Origin: Octopus sinensis
Taxonomy: Eukaryota
Direction: 5' to 3'
NCBI RefSeq assembly: GCF_006345805.1
Contig: NC_043013.1
Location: 15,934,001 to 15,998,000 of the forward strand
DNA: 64,000 nt
In this document: one piece after another, positions 24,308 through 38,209 of the stretch
How the letters are laid out: every line of letters starts with the position of its first letter
Position numbering within the stretch: position 1 is the first letter of the stretch
The notes under the pieces: generated by a model
The model's input: the letters and a program-made list of their open reading frames with translations, nothing else
What the model was told of the DNA's origin: nothing
The model's database searches: none
Translations under genes and position numbers: made by a program

Positions 24308-24860
24308 CAGGCATGGCTATGTGGTTAAGAAGCATGCTTTGCAACCACATAGCTTGGGGTTCCGTCCCATTTCATGGCACCTTGGGCAAGTGTGTTCTAC
24401 TGTATCCCCAGACCAGCCAAAGCCTTCTAAGTGAGGTTTTCAGAAGAAGCTGTATGGAAATCTATTGTGTTTGTGTGTGTGTGTGTGCATACGATTGTGC
24501 GTGTGTGTGTTTGTACGTGTGTGTGCATGTGTGCGTGTATGTGTATCTTTTATCTTTTACTTCTTTCAGCCATGCTGGGGCACTGTCTTATATATATATG
24601 TGTGTGTGTGTGTGTGTATGTGTGTGTGTCTTTTTGTTTGTGTCTTTTTGTTTGTGTTTGCCCTCCCCACCCTACTACTACAAGACAGCTGGTGTTTGTT
24701 TCTTTGCATCCCTGTAATTTACCCGTTCAGTAAAAGAGACCAAGCAAATAAATACCAGTTTTAAAAATATGTACTGGGGCCAATTTGTTCAACCAACCCT
24801 TCAACACGGTGCCTCAGCATGGCCACAGTCCTATGACTGAAGCAAATAAAAGATATAAGA
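24308..24860 (+). mobile_element. SINE family B, full length, diverged
   Basis: Head at 24308, internal (TG)n, 3' domain ending AAATAAAAGA. Confidence 0.8.
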
Positions 24861-25639
24861 TACAGTAGGGCATCTTGTATGCAACAGAGAGAGCTGTAAA
24901 GCTTCAATTAACTAAGATTATCCTTGTAATCAGTAAACAAAACTCCCTTGTTATGTGGACATAAAAAGATATCACTGTATACCATGCACACTCTTAAAAA
25001 AGATATCATCTTACACCATACGTAATCTTAAAAATCCAATTCCAATAAAACTACTATAAACGGTCAAGCTGGAAGGAATTTTATGCAACTAACATATTTG
25101 AAAGTGTTTTTTTTCCTCTCAGAAGTACAATTATCTCTTGTTGTTGTTGTTGTGTGTGTAAGTGCCAGCAAGAGCAAGTCTTTGTAAGTGTGTGTTGGTA
25201 TGTATCTATAGCAGTAAATGTTATTATTCTAAAAACACAGAAAGTGTATGCATGTGTATGTATGTGTGTGTGTGTGTGTGTGTGTATGAATATAAGTGCA
25301 TTAGTGAAAGCTATTTCTGGTGAAGAAGGTGAGAGAGTGAGTGGGTGAGTGAATGAAAGTGAGTGTGTTTAAAAGAGAGAGAGAGAGGGGGGAGAAGAGA
25401 GAGTGCATGTCATGAACAAATGATAGTTAATGTTAACCAATTATGTATGGGATAGAGTGATTGTCATTCTCTCTCTCTCTGTCCATTCTCCGAGTCTCTT
25501 TCTCTCCCCCTCTCTTCACTCCCATACACACAATTTGTCTCTTTAAGTCTCCCCTCTTTCTCTCCTTCTCTCTCTCTGCCTTTTTCTCTCTCTTCCTCTC
25601 TATCTCATACACAGTTTGTCTTTTTCAGTCTTCCTTTTC

Positions 25640-25671
<32 letters not shown>

Positions 25672-25778
25672 TTCTCTCACTTTCTCTTTCTCTCTCTCTT
25701 TCTCTCTCTTTCTTTCTCTCCTCCTCTCTCTTTCTCCCTCCTTTCTCTCCCTTACTCTCTCTCTCTCTGCATCCCTTG

Positions 25779-25810
<32 letters not shown>

Positions 25811-26409
25811 GCATCCCTTGCTCTCTCTCTCCCGCCCCCCTCCACTTTCTCTCTACAACCTAAGAACTGAGATTACAGCTATCACCAAACTCAAACGGCA
25901 CCAGCAACCATGGCACCACCAATGACTGGCTATCAATTACATTTTCCTATGAATAATTCAACAACTGTAATGTTTAGAAGCTTCCAGAAGGAAATTATAG
26001 GATCACAACAACACCAACAACAATAACGATCACCACCACCACAACAACATCAACAATAACAAGAACAAAAACAGCATTATCACCAACAACAATCATGACA
26101 ACACTACCAACAACAACGTCAACAGCAACGCAACCACAACGCAACCACCACCACCATCATCATAACCAACACCATCACCACTGCTACCATCAGCAACGTC
26201 ACCACCGGCATTGCCAACAATGTCCACTGGTATTAAAAAATGGTCTTAGAATAAAGCTCTGAACTCCGTGCAATCAGAACAAAACAAGAATTTCTGAAAT
26301 TGCCAAAGTCAAGAATCGTTTTTGGAGACATTTTCAGATTTTAAAATATTTCAGAAAAGATTGGCTAAAACAAATTGGGAATGGAACCATTATGTAGTTA
26401 CTTGACATA

Positions 26410-26662
26410 CTCTTTACTCTTCTACTCTTCTACTTGTTCCAGTCATTTGACTGTGGCCATGTTGGAGCATTGCCTTTAGTTGAAGAAATCGACCCCAGGA
26501 CTTATTCTTTGTAAGCCTAGTACTTATTCTATCAGTCACTTTTGCCGAACCACTAAGTGACAGGGGACGTAAACACACCAGCATCGCCTGTCAAGCAATG
26601 TTCAGAGACAAACACAGACACCCAAACATATACACACACACACATACATACATACATACAAC

Positions 26663-26728
<66 letters not shown>

Positions 26729-26892
26729 TATAACGGGCTTCTTTCAGCTTCCATCTACCAAATACACTCACAAGGCTTTGGTCGGCCTGAAGCTATAGTA
26801 GAAGACACTTGCCCAAGATGCCATGCAGTAGAACAGAACCTAGAACCATGTGGCTGGTAAGCAAGCTACTTACCACACAGCCACTCCTGCGC
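26410..26892 (-). mobile_element. SINE family B, full length
   Basis: Family homology. Confidence 0.85.
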
Positions 26893-26931
26893 TAAAAATA
26901 CCAGCCAAATCGCCTTTAAATATTGGTTTTA

Positions 26932-27327
26932 AATTTTGGTACAATGCTGGCAATATCAGGGGAGGGAGTAAGTCAATTACATCGACCCCGGTGCTCAACT
27001 GGTGCTTATTTTATCAAACCTGAAAGGATGAAAGGCAAAGTTGATGTCAGTGGAATTTGAACACTGAATGTAAAGGCAGACGAAATGCTGCTGAGCAATT
27101 TGTCCAGCATGGGAAACAATTCTGCCAGCTCACCACTGTTAGATATTGATTTCAAATTTTTGTACAAACCCAGCAATTTTGGGGGAGGGATAATTTATTA
27201 CACCAGCCCCAGTGCTCAACTGGTACTAATTTTACTGACCCTGAAAGGATGAAAACAAAGTCGACAAACAAAATACTGTTAAGCAATTTGCCTGGCATCC
27301 TAATGACTCTTTTAGTCTGCTGCCTTA
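26932..27327 (-). mobile_element. two adjacent SINE family A copies
   Basis: 26932-27138 and 27148-27327. Confidence 0.8.
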
Positions 27328-28249
27328 ATCTCCTTTAAATACTGACCGAGTATTTTGAGAGAAAAAAGGAAGGAAATGTTGGACAATGAAATGGAACCAC
27401 TTTGATCATAAATTTGCTCAATTAAAGCTGATTTGAAACTAAAAAACAACAACAAGGAAACAACAATAAACTACAAAACATCAAGAAGATAACAAAATAA
27501 GTGTTTCCTGAGAAGGAAGCTTCCAGACAGAAATTAAAATTAGGGCTAATAGAAGAAATAATGTCTTGTATTTTGGTGAAGCTAAGTCTTTAGTAAATGT
27601 GACAGAAATACAGAATCGAAGTTATCAATTCTTACATCAGGTAATATAACTTGGAGAGAGAGAAAGAGATAGCGATAAAGACAGACAGACAGATATAAAT
27701 AGATAGATAGATAGATAGAAGAGAGAGGTGGGAAGTTTGATAAACAGATAGACAGACAGAAAGACAGACAGACTGACAGAAAGATAGACGGACAGGTAGC
27801 TAGATAGAGATACATACATACATACATACATACATACATACATACATACATACATACATACATAGAGAGATAAATTCAGGCATATATACATACAAACAGA
27901 GAGACAGAAAGACAGAGAGAGAGAGAAAGAGAAGGAGAGAGATGTTATTTACATTACTGGCAATGATCTCAACACATTTTTGTTACTAACACTGAGTTGA
28001 TGATAAATGGATGAGAGAAAGCTCCAAAAGATATTAATTTCCTGTAAATTTAACAAATTTTCTTCGAATGAATATTAGAATATGTACATAGGAAGAGATA
28101 CTGAAAAACAATCATTCAATCCTTCACTTATTTAACATCTGTTTTAGCCACTCTAGCATATATTTGAATAGGGAATTGTTCTGAGGCAAGATTTGACAGC
28201 TGGATGCTGTTCCTGTCACTTACTCTAACCTGTTTTTCAAGAAAGAGAC

Positions 28250-28254
<5 letters not shown>

Positions 28255-28281
<27 letters not shown>

Positions 28282-29040
28282 CATCTCATCATCATCATCA
28301 TCATCATCATCTGTTTTCAATGCTGGAATGGGATGGATGGTATGGCAAGAGCCGGCCAACTGAAGATCAGCCCAGGTTCCATGTCTGTTCAGAGATGGTT
28401 TCCATGGTTTTCTGCCCTTCCTAAATCCAGCCACTTAACAGAGTGTACCGGGTGCTTTTATGCAGTAGCAGCATGGGTGCATTTACGTGGCACTGGTACA
28501 GGTACCTTTTATGTGACACCAGCACCCATGTGCCTGCAAGATCTGTGGACAGGAGGAGAATGAGAGGATTCCCAGTTCTGTGAGACAGGGAGTGGTGACA
28601 CTGGTCCAGGAAGTGGACAGGGTATCTCCTCCTGTCCATAGATCTTGTGCCCCTGTTTGTCAGTTAAAGACTTTATAGAGGCATTTTTACCTCTCTGACT
28701 CTCCACATGACGTGCCCATCCGGCAACATTAATACCTTCTCGTTTCAGCAGGAGAGGGATGCAGGGGACATACCTGTATGTAAGGACAACTATGTGTTTA
28801 CTAAGCTTGACTTGACAAGCACAGAAAAACTGCCAGGAGTTTCATTCCTCTGTCATCCCTTCTGTGAGGCCCAATGTTTGAAGATTCTTTCTCACTACTT
28901 CGTCCCATGTCTTCCCGGATCTACCCCTTCCACAAGTTCTCTCCACAATTAGAGACCAGCACCTCATCCCACAGATCTCTGAAAATGAAAGAGCCAACTA
29001 GTTGTAATGTCAACAAGGAGTGTCAACATCAGTCCCACTT
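28255..29040 (-). mobile_element. old RTE LINE 3' end (ORF C-terminus, UTR, (GAT)n)
   Basis: VERTCGRGRSGKTWDEVVRKNLQTLGLTEGMT at ~28950-28850. Confidence 0.75.
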
Positions 29041-29066
29041 CATTCAAGTGGTGACAAACATAAAAT

Positions 29067-29103
<37 letters not shown>

Positions 29104-29499
29104 ACGCACAAATATCTGACACCTTGCACAAATGCCTTCTTCTATAGCCTCAGGCTGATCTAAGTCTTGAGTGGATTTGGCAGACGGAAACTGGAAAAAG
29201 CCTGTCAAGTATATATATATATCTATACATATGTATGTATATACACATACATACATTGCCTTCTTGTCAATATCTGGCCATGTATATTATGTCCCCATCC
29301 CTTTAAGGCAAGTCCTGGCAATTGCCACTATTTATTTCTTTCTTCCTTATTCTACCATCCCATCTATATACTCTGAATATACTCTCTACAGCAAGACATC
29401 TGTTTTTGTCTGTGTCTCTCTGTCACACTCTAATCTTTCATCATCTGACACAAAATTACCTCCTCTAATGTCCCCTCCCCTCTCAAAATTCCTTGTCTT

Positions 29500-29790
29500 G
29501 CTGGTGCTGGTGCCACGTAAAAAGCATCCAGTCCACACAGGGAAGTGGTTGGCATTTGGAAGGGCATCCAGCTGTAAAAACCATGCCAGAACTGATCTTG
29601 TCTGAACTGGTGCCACATAGAAAGCACTCAGTCCAATCTACAGGTGGTTAATGTAAGGAAGGGTATCTAGCTGTAAAAACCATGCCAAAACAGACACAGT
29701 AGCCTGGTATAGTCTTCTACCTGGTTGGCTCCTGTCAAACCATCCAACCCATGCCAGCATGGAAGACAGATGTTAAACAATGATGATATT
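29500..29790 (+). mobile_element. RTE 3' tail with internal duplication
   Basis: GGAAGGG(C/T)ATC(C/T)AGCTGTAAAAACCATGCC occurs twice. Confidence 0.75.
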
Positions 29791-30477
29791 TATGTTTTTG
29801 TTTTGCAAGATTCCTGATGTAGGGTGAAAATTACTGTTTGCCAAAAGACAACAGTTCAAATTCAGGTAAGGAATATAACAGATAACACAAATGTACAAGA
29901 AAGAAACAAACTCACATAACACAGGGTAGCAAAATGAAGATAATGACATGTCACAGAAGAAAAAGGCATGGCTTGGTAGCTGTTGATGCTTATTCACCTT
30001 TGAAAACTTATAGAATTTTAAGTGAAATTAATTCACTGATCTACAAAATTAAAAATATTGCATTTCTAAATCTCTCAGAGAAACTTATACAGTAGCAGCA
30101 CAACAAAGTGATAGTTATTGCCAACTTAATGTGGCAGTCCCAGGTAATGGAAGAATACTTCTGCTATTTAGACCCAGGAAACACTGTTTCCAGTTGGCTA
30201 TGTGACACAAGCATTCTGTGTCCTTAAGTTTTCAAAGAGGGGAGATACTGGTTTTGCTGGGTGGAAGTGCTTGAAAACATAGGGATATAGAACGCTTGTG
30301 TCACAAAGCCAAATGGAAATGGTGTTTCCTGGAGTTAAATAGCAGTAGTATTCTTCCCTTTCCTGGACTGCCACATTAACTTGGCAACAAACCATCACTT
30401 TTTTGTGCAGCTATTGTATAAGTCTCTCTGAGAGATTTAGAAATGCAATATTTCTAATTTTATATATATATATAGCT

Positions 30478-30620
30478 GAAATTTACAGAAAAACAAAAGA
30501 CGAAGACAGGTGTATGAACAACAAACTGGTGTATTAGTTTGATGCTTGGCGAAGTGAAAAGGCCTTTTACATTTCGAGCCTACGCTCTTCAGCAGAAAGG
30601 AATATGAGGAAATAAACATA
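30478..30620 (-). mobile_element. PLE pLTR-like short element with a degenerate HHR (30564-30599)
   Basis: CTTT-CTGCTGA-A-GAGC-GTAG-GCTC-GAA-ATGT-A-AAAG; flanked by (TA)n. Confidence 0.65.
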
Positions 30621-31504
30621 TATATATATATATATATATATGTCAGATTTGCTGCAGTTTGTACTGAATGCTTTCACATACTTATAGGTTGACCCGGGCC
30701 AATAAAAGAAAACAATTGCCCAAAATGTTGTATAGTGGCACTGATCATGAAACTTAGCGATTGTAATCAAACTCTTAACCACCATTTCTTAACAATTTCT
30801 GTAACCTCTTTCTGTAACAAATGATTTCATAGTAATTTCTGTAACCTCCTTTTTCTGTTGGTCACAATTTTGTTTCCTATTGGAAGACTTACAAAAGAAT
30901 TTGATGTGTGTTTTGGAAGATCCTAGACATATGATATGGAATTCCCTGGCATGTGGTATTCCAGGTGATTTTCCAAGTTGTAATCCCTTCATAAGGTAGG
31001 TGATAATGGAGATAAGTAGGATAAGAGATGAAGTTTAACCCAACCAAAAACAAGATTAAATATAATCCATCTGAAAGGCCTCCAGACAGATTCTGCCTTC
31101 ACAATGGTGGTTAAGAGTTTGATTCCAACTGTTTGATTCCAAAGTTTGGGTTGGCCCAGCAAGGATTCCAAGAGAAATTTGGTGAAGAGAAACAAAATTA
31201 CTTTTAGGTCCTGAGATGAAGGAGGAACATTCTCTCCAAATATAAGAAAACTGAGGGAGATGCACAGAAGACAGTGAAAGACCCATCTTTGATTTTCAAG
31301 CATCTAGACAGTGGACCAGTAGAATCTTAGATTTTATGGGCCCTGGACTAAAGGCTATTGTAGAAGATACTCGTTTGATGGAGCTGCACTGGAACTGAAC
31401 TCAAAACCAGAGTTGTGTAATTGGGTAGTAGAACCTCTTAAACTGCATGGCTAAACCTTATAAGTTTTAAATGAGAAGAATGTGGTGTGGTGGTAATTTT
31501 GATG

Positions 31505-31639
31505 ATGAAAAGAAAAAGAAGACGAAGAAGAAGAAGAAGAAGAAGAAGAAGAAGAAAAAGAAGAAGAAGAAGAAGAAGAAGAAGAAAAAGAAGAAGAAGA
31601 AGAAAGAAGAAGAAGAAGAAGAAGAAGAAGAAGAAGAAG

Positions 31640-31670
<31 letters not shown>

Positions 31671-31700
31671 GCAGCAGCAGCAATAGAAGCAACAACAATA
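31505..31700. repeat. (GAA)n-(CAA)n-(CAG)n microsatellite
   Basis: Direct inspection. Confidence 0.95.
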
Positions 31701-32349
31701 AGAACAACATTAAGTTGCACAGATTTCCTGGTGCCAAATTGATTTACAACAATCAGAAGGTTCTTGAGAAAAAAAAATTTCAATTTTTTTAAAATGTAAA
31801 GTGTAGAAAAAAAAAGAAAACAAAAGAGAAAGAAAAAGAGAAAGAAAGAAAGAAAAAGAGAAAGAAAGCAAGAAAGAATAACAGAAAAAAGAAAGTGAGT
31901 AGGAATGAAAGAAAACGAAAGAAGTAAATCTGTCCATTAAACTTACTATCTTGAGCGAGCAGGCAAAATTATACAGACAACAACATTAGCAACAATAGCA
32001 ACAACAACAACTATAGCAGCAATAACAGGAAGAGCATCATTACCACAAGGCAACAGCAACAACAACGGCAGCTGCTCCACCACCACCACCACCACCATCA
32101 GTAACAATAACAAGAAGAACATTCAAAGACAAAGTGTGAAACCAAAACTGTTGATAATGTGAAGGGTTTTGTAAGAATCTGTTGGAAGTGTCAGCCGTGA
32201 GGTGGGAGGAAGATAGAGAGATACACATGCATGCGTGCACGCAAACACACACGCACATGAAACACACATACACATGCACAAACACGCAGTCCAGTCACAT
32301 ACACACACATACTTGCAGATACATATAAATGCATGCACACACATGCACA

Positions 32350-32366
32350 CACATGCACATGCACAC

Positions 32367-32402
<36 letters not shown>

Positions 32403-32439
32403 GGATGGATGGATGGATGGATGGATGGATGGATGGATG

Positions 32440-32499
<60 letters not shown>

Positions 32500-32508
32500 C
32501 AAATAGGT

Positions 32509-32604
<96 letters not shown>

Positions 32605-32657
32605 AGACAGAAATACAGATAGATATACAAATAAATGGATAAATATATATAGAGATG

Positions 32658-32706
<49 letters not shown>

Positions 32707-32768
32707 TATATAAATACAAACTTACCCACATGCATACATACAAACACACACATACACACACACATACA

Positions 32769-32810
<42 letters not shown>
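32350..32810. repeat. compound (GATA)/(GGAT)/(TA)/(GA)/(CA) microsatellite
   Basis: Direct inspection. Confidence 0.95.
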
Positions 32811-32811
<1 letters not shown>

Positions 32812-34099
32812 CCATGCATGCATGCATACATAAATTCATACATACTGATAAACACAGATATTTACAAACACACTGACGCATACTCACACATTCATACACA
32901 GACAAGCAAACAGTACGAAAAGAAAAAAACGAATGAAAATATAAAATAAAACAATTTTTAAATCACTAAAAATACAAACCAAAAACATGAAAAAAGATGT
33001 AAAAACAAACAAGCAAAAACACAGGAAGAAAGAGTGAACAAAAGCTGAACAAGTGAACAATAAGTGAACAAAATAAATAGCCCCCAAAATTGCAAATGGC
33101 CGCCACCTGAAAGTGTTTAGAATCAGTCAAATATCATTAGTGTTCATGTCATTTAATTTGTTCTGTTGCCAGCAATAATTTGGTTTAAAATTTATTCTTA
33201 GAATAAGCCAAACTTGAAAGTAATTTAGAGATCCTGTTGAGAAGATAATAAGTGTTGCGCAATTGAAACTGTTTGGTTTTTGTAAGATTGAAGTAAAATG
33301 GCTGCCTACATTTAACATCTGCTTCAAGGAAGAAAAAGAAAAAAGCACACTACTGTTACTGCAACAACAAGGACAACAGATACTACAACAACAACACCAA
33401 CAACATCACCAGTAACAATAAACACTAATGCCATTGCCACCATCACCAATACTACAGACCAAAATCAAAAGAAAAAAATTATTTTCATCTTGAAAATGTC
33501 TATTGAAGAATGAAGGACACAGATTTCCATTGAATAGCAGATTCAATGGCATCAGTCTTTGATTTTATTTTTTCAGATTTTCATTGATTCTATTAGAAAC
33601 GGAATACTGAATTTAGAATTTAGTTTAGTTTTGTGACAGTTGTGCGGTGCTGAAGTTTTTGCGTTATGTTGTGTTCTCATTTTATTTTGAAGTTGTGTTC
33701 TGTCGTGTTCTGAGGCCAGGGTAACCAACACATGCTAGCCCCTACAATTGGGACCATCTTACTATCATTATAGCCACTGCCAGCAAATCATTGCATTGAG
33801 CCCTAAAGTATTAATTTATTGGCAGCAAGTCACAGTAAACATAGATCAGAAGTGGACCCCTAGACCTGTGGGGTCCTTGGACAACTTCCCACAATGCTCA
33901 TTCCTTAAGACACCATTGACTACAATGTATTCACCCTCGTCATAACAACCCCCTCCTCCTCGATTTTTTCTACCCCTTCTCCTACTCCCAATCATCAGTA
34001 TTATTATACCAAATGGAAAATGCAGTCAAAACATTGTAATTAACCTTGGAAGACAAAGTTTATATTTTTATAATCTTGTGTATCACTGAATAAATCTCT

Positions 34100-34440
34100 T
34101 ATCTCTTATCTTTTACTTGTTTTAGTCATTAGACTGTGGCCATGCTGGGGCATCACCTTGAAGGGTTTTTAGTCAAATGAATCAACCTCAGTACATATTT
34201 TTTTAAGCCTTGTACATATTCTATCGATCTCTTTTGATGAACTGCTAAGTTACAGGACATAAGGACACCAATACACACGTGATGGGCTCCTTTCAGCTTC
34301 CATCAACCAAATCCACTCACAAAACTTTGGTTAGCACCAGGCTATAGTAGAAGACACTTGCCCAAGGTGTCACACAGTGGGACTGAACATGGAACCATGT
34401 GGTGTGTAAGCAAACTTCTTACCACAGCCATACCTGTGCC
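34100..34440 (-). mobile_element. SINE family B, full length
   Basis: Family homology. Confidence 0.8.
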
Positions 34441-34649
34441 TATATTACTGGACAAAATGTGAAATATTTCATACCAAATCATGTGACATAACATTATACC
34501 AGCCTCTCACTCATGTTTGCTTCCTTTCTTTGTTTCCAGAATGGCATCAGTTAGGGTCTTTATTAGTAAGTTTGCTTGTTTTTAGTTGGGTTGTGGGGTT
34601 TCTGGCTTGTTCAGAGACCCAGGTTAGTGTCAACTTTACCTTGTGTGTA

Positions 34650-35330
34650 GTGTTGGCCTTAGTTGTGTTGAATTTGAGTTATGTTGTGCTATATGGTGTG
34701 GTGTTGTACTGTATTGTGATGTGTTGTGTTGAAATTGTGTTGTAGTGTACTGTGTTGAGTTATGTTGTAAGTTGTGTTGTGTTGTGTTGAATTCTGCTGG
34801 GAGTTGTTTTGATGTGTTATGTTGTTTGATGTTGTGTTATGTGTTGAAATTGTGTTGTGCTGTATTGTGTTTTATTGCAATGTGTTATATGTGCCAAATG
34901 GTATTGTGTTGTATATTATTGTGTTGTCTTATGTGCATTGTGCTGAGTTGTGTTGTGTGGCATTATGTTCTATTTATGTTGTGTAAGTTATTGTATTATG
35001 TTGTGTTATCTGGAGAGGTGTTGTTACACCTTGAGCAGTGCTAAGCTTCATTGTGTAGTGTATTGTATGGAGTTATTTAGTGCTGTGTTGTCTAGTGTTG
35101 TGTGGATGTGATGTTGTGCAATGTGGTGATGTGTAGTGCAGAGTTATTTAGTGCGGTGTTGTGAGGTGTTGTGTGGTAATATGTTTAGGTGGCGTTGTAT
35201 GGTATTTTGTAGTGTTGTGTGGTGTGGTGTTGTGTTGAGTAGAGTGGTGTTGTGTGGTGTAGCACTGTATGGTATGATGTTGTGTAATGTGTAGTATGGT
35301 GGAGTATGGTTTTGCATTGTATGGTATATC
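34650..35330. repeat. degenerate (TGTGT/TGTTG)n pentanucleotide repeat
   Basis: Direct inspection. Confidence 0.85.
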
Positions 35331-35634
35331 TGAAGTTGACACTTTCTAATTCATTTTCTTGTTTAGATTTGATCTCATCAGCCTCAAATATTTCATAACC
35401 TATACCAACATATATTGAGAACTTTTGGTGAAAAATACCTTACTAAGACTAATCTAATTACGGTGTACTGTGTGGAGTGCATATGTGTCTTGTGACCAAT
35501 AATGCATGCATACATACACCAATTTATCACTGTATCAATGATATTAGATGTTATTGGATATTGTTATACACTGCTGGTCACAATACGCTTCCTCAGATTG
35601 TTGTATCTTTTGGATGAGGCCAACATTATGGGTA

Positions 35635-35878
35635 AAAGTAAAGTTACTTTCACAAGTCATACCGACTCATAAGGACCAGTTTCCCAGTTTCATGGCATAT
35701 ATATTCCCCACCTGGACAGGACGCCAATCCCTCGCAGGATTACTCATTTTTGCCAGCTGAGTGGACTGGAGCAACGTGAAATGAAGTGTTTTGCTCAAGA
35801 ACACAATGTGTCACCTAATCTAGGAATTGAAACCACAAACTTACGATCATGAGTCCAACATCCTAACCACCAAGCCAC
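35635..35878 (-). mobile_element. SINE family C (tRNA, CORE-like, V-like, RTE-type tail)
   Basis: Head GTGGTTAGGATG..., TTGAGCAAAACACTTCATTTCACG, CCTGCGAGGGATTGGCGTCCTGTCCAGG, tail GAGTCGGTATGACTTG...(TTTAC). Confidence 0.7.
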
Positions 35879-36089
35879 ACACCACCACAGGCCAACATTT
35901 TCCTTGAACAAGATACCAGATGATTGCAGGGTTACCCATTTATAGTTGAGAGGACTCGAGCAACATGAAATGAAGTGTTTTGCTCAATAACACAATCCAC
36001 TACCAGTCTGGGAATTGAAACCACAATTTGCAATTGTGAGTGCAGCACCTTAATCACTAAGTCACATGTTTCCACATATAGTCATATTT

Positions 36090-36476
36090 ATGTATAATAT
36101 AGATCTGTGGCTAAGAAGTTTGTTTCCCAGCAATGTGGTTTCAAATTCATTCCTACTGCACAGTGCCTTGGAAAAATGTCTTCTAGAACTCCAGGCTGAC
36201 CAAAGCCTTGTGAGTGGATTAGGTGGGCAAGAAACTGAAAGATGCCAGCAAGCTGGCAGAAACGTTAGCATGTCGGGCGAAATGCTTAGCGGTATTTCGT
36301 CTGCCGTTACATTCTGAGTTCAAATTCCACCGAGGTTGACTTTGCCTTTCATCCTTTCGGCACCAATAAATTAAGTGCCATTTACACATTGGGGCCGATA
36401 TAATCAACTTAATCCCTTTGTCTGTCCTTGTTTGTCCCCTCTATGTTTAGCCCCTGGTGGGCAATAAAGAAATAAG
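36090..36476 (+). mobile_element. SINE B 5' part joined to a SINE A copy
   Basis: B homology 36090-36245, then A homology 36250-36476. Confidence 0.8.
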
Positions 36477-38209
36477 AAGCTGAAAGAAGCTGGTCTCTGA
36501 ACATCTGATGAATTATATGTGCTTTACACTTATGAATCTTTGAGTAAAGTAGAGCTGAGTCAAACTGTTATTAAATACATGAAACTCTAGCTGAAAGTGT
36601 TAAATGCTATTTTCCTTTTTTTTTTTGTTCACTTATATATATATGTGTGTATGTGCTGTGTATGTGTGTGACTGTATACTCACATACACACACACATTAT
36701 CTAATATGACACATTCCTTATTAAAGATAGTAAGGAATCAAGTAGAAACCAAGCCAAATCTGACTGAAACCTGGTGCAACTCTTTGGCTTGCCAGCTCCG
36801 GTCAAACCGTCCAACCCAAACCAGCATGGAAAGTGGATGTTAAAGGATGATGATGATGACCATGATGATGATGAAGACGACCATGATGATAATGGTAGGC
36901 ATGTAATTTGAGTGAGATTTAGTTGCTATTTCTAACAGAATGAACAACCAAACACAGGACCTTGCATTGGCTCATATGGTATGGTTGTTGTTTAGCCACA
37001 GTCAACCCAAATCAAGCAGATTTATGATCTAACATTCCAACCATGGCATCCTGTCCAAGAAGCAATATCTAACTTTTAACATTATCTATTGTTTCCTACT
37101 TTGCTTTAAAAGACTTTGAAGCTTGATGAAAGGGATTTGGTTGCTATTTCTAGCTGACAGATTGACGTCATAGACATACCCTGGTTAGTTCTGCTTGTGT
37201 GTCTGTGGAGGTAACAATATCATTGTTGTTCAGGTAGTTCTGAGTCATTCACTGCTGCCACCTTCGCTCTTCTCTCTCTCTCTCTCTTTCTCTCACCAGG
37301 TTGTTGTCTAATTAGACTAGGAAAGAGGACAGGGTCAAATGTCAGAGATCAGAGGTCAGAGATCTTAATAAGTTGGACCACAATCTCTTTCTGCCCTGTT
37401 AATCATTCCTCTTAATCTTAATACAGGGAATTACACACAAACACACTACACACACGCACACACACACACACACACTCTCTTCTTGCTTCTTCTCTCTCTT
37501 TCTCTCTTATTCTCTTTCTCTTTCTCAACCATGATTAAGACGTTCTATTTACATACACAAACATACCTCCTACAAACACTCATATAAATTCAAAAACACA
37601 CACACATACACACACACCAACACACACATGTACACACATGCATACACACACACATACACATGCACATACACCAACACACACATGTACACACATGCACACA
37701 CACACACACACATATGTATATATATATATATATAGGTAAACAGTAAAAATAATTACAGACATGGACAAGAACATGAAACACCACAGAGACGACACAAGAA
37801 CCACAGGGCGGGACATTCGAAGCCCTCAGTCATCAGTCAAGAACCAGATCATCTTAGCAATTTCGGCTGACACTCACACACACACATGTATAACACACAT
37901 GCACAAACATGCAGCGTACATAGTCACACTATCATGGCCTGACACACTCACATGACCTCCCATTCACGCTCACACACATATTTTATAAAACATCAATAGT
38001 TATTTCTATAATTACATCTTCACTCAAATTGTGAGGACATTTGACACCTCTCCCTAGCACCTTACTTTACATCCTCCACTTCACCCTCCACCACCACCAC
38101 CACTACCTTCATCCCCACCGTCACCACCATCCCTGCCATTACCCTGCCTCTTTCTCCAGAGGACAACAAGAAATAAATCTATCTTTTAGCACTGAAAGTC
38201 ACTGACTTC

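Noticed and set aside
29809-29866. Plus-strand exon with a strong CAG|GTAAGG donor
   Set aside because: Stops in all three frames, a mediocre acceptor and no corroborating exons.
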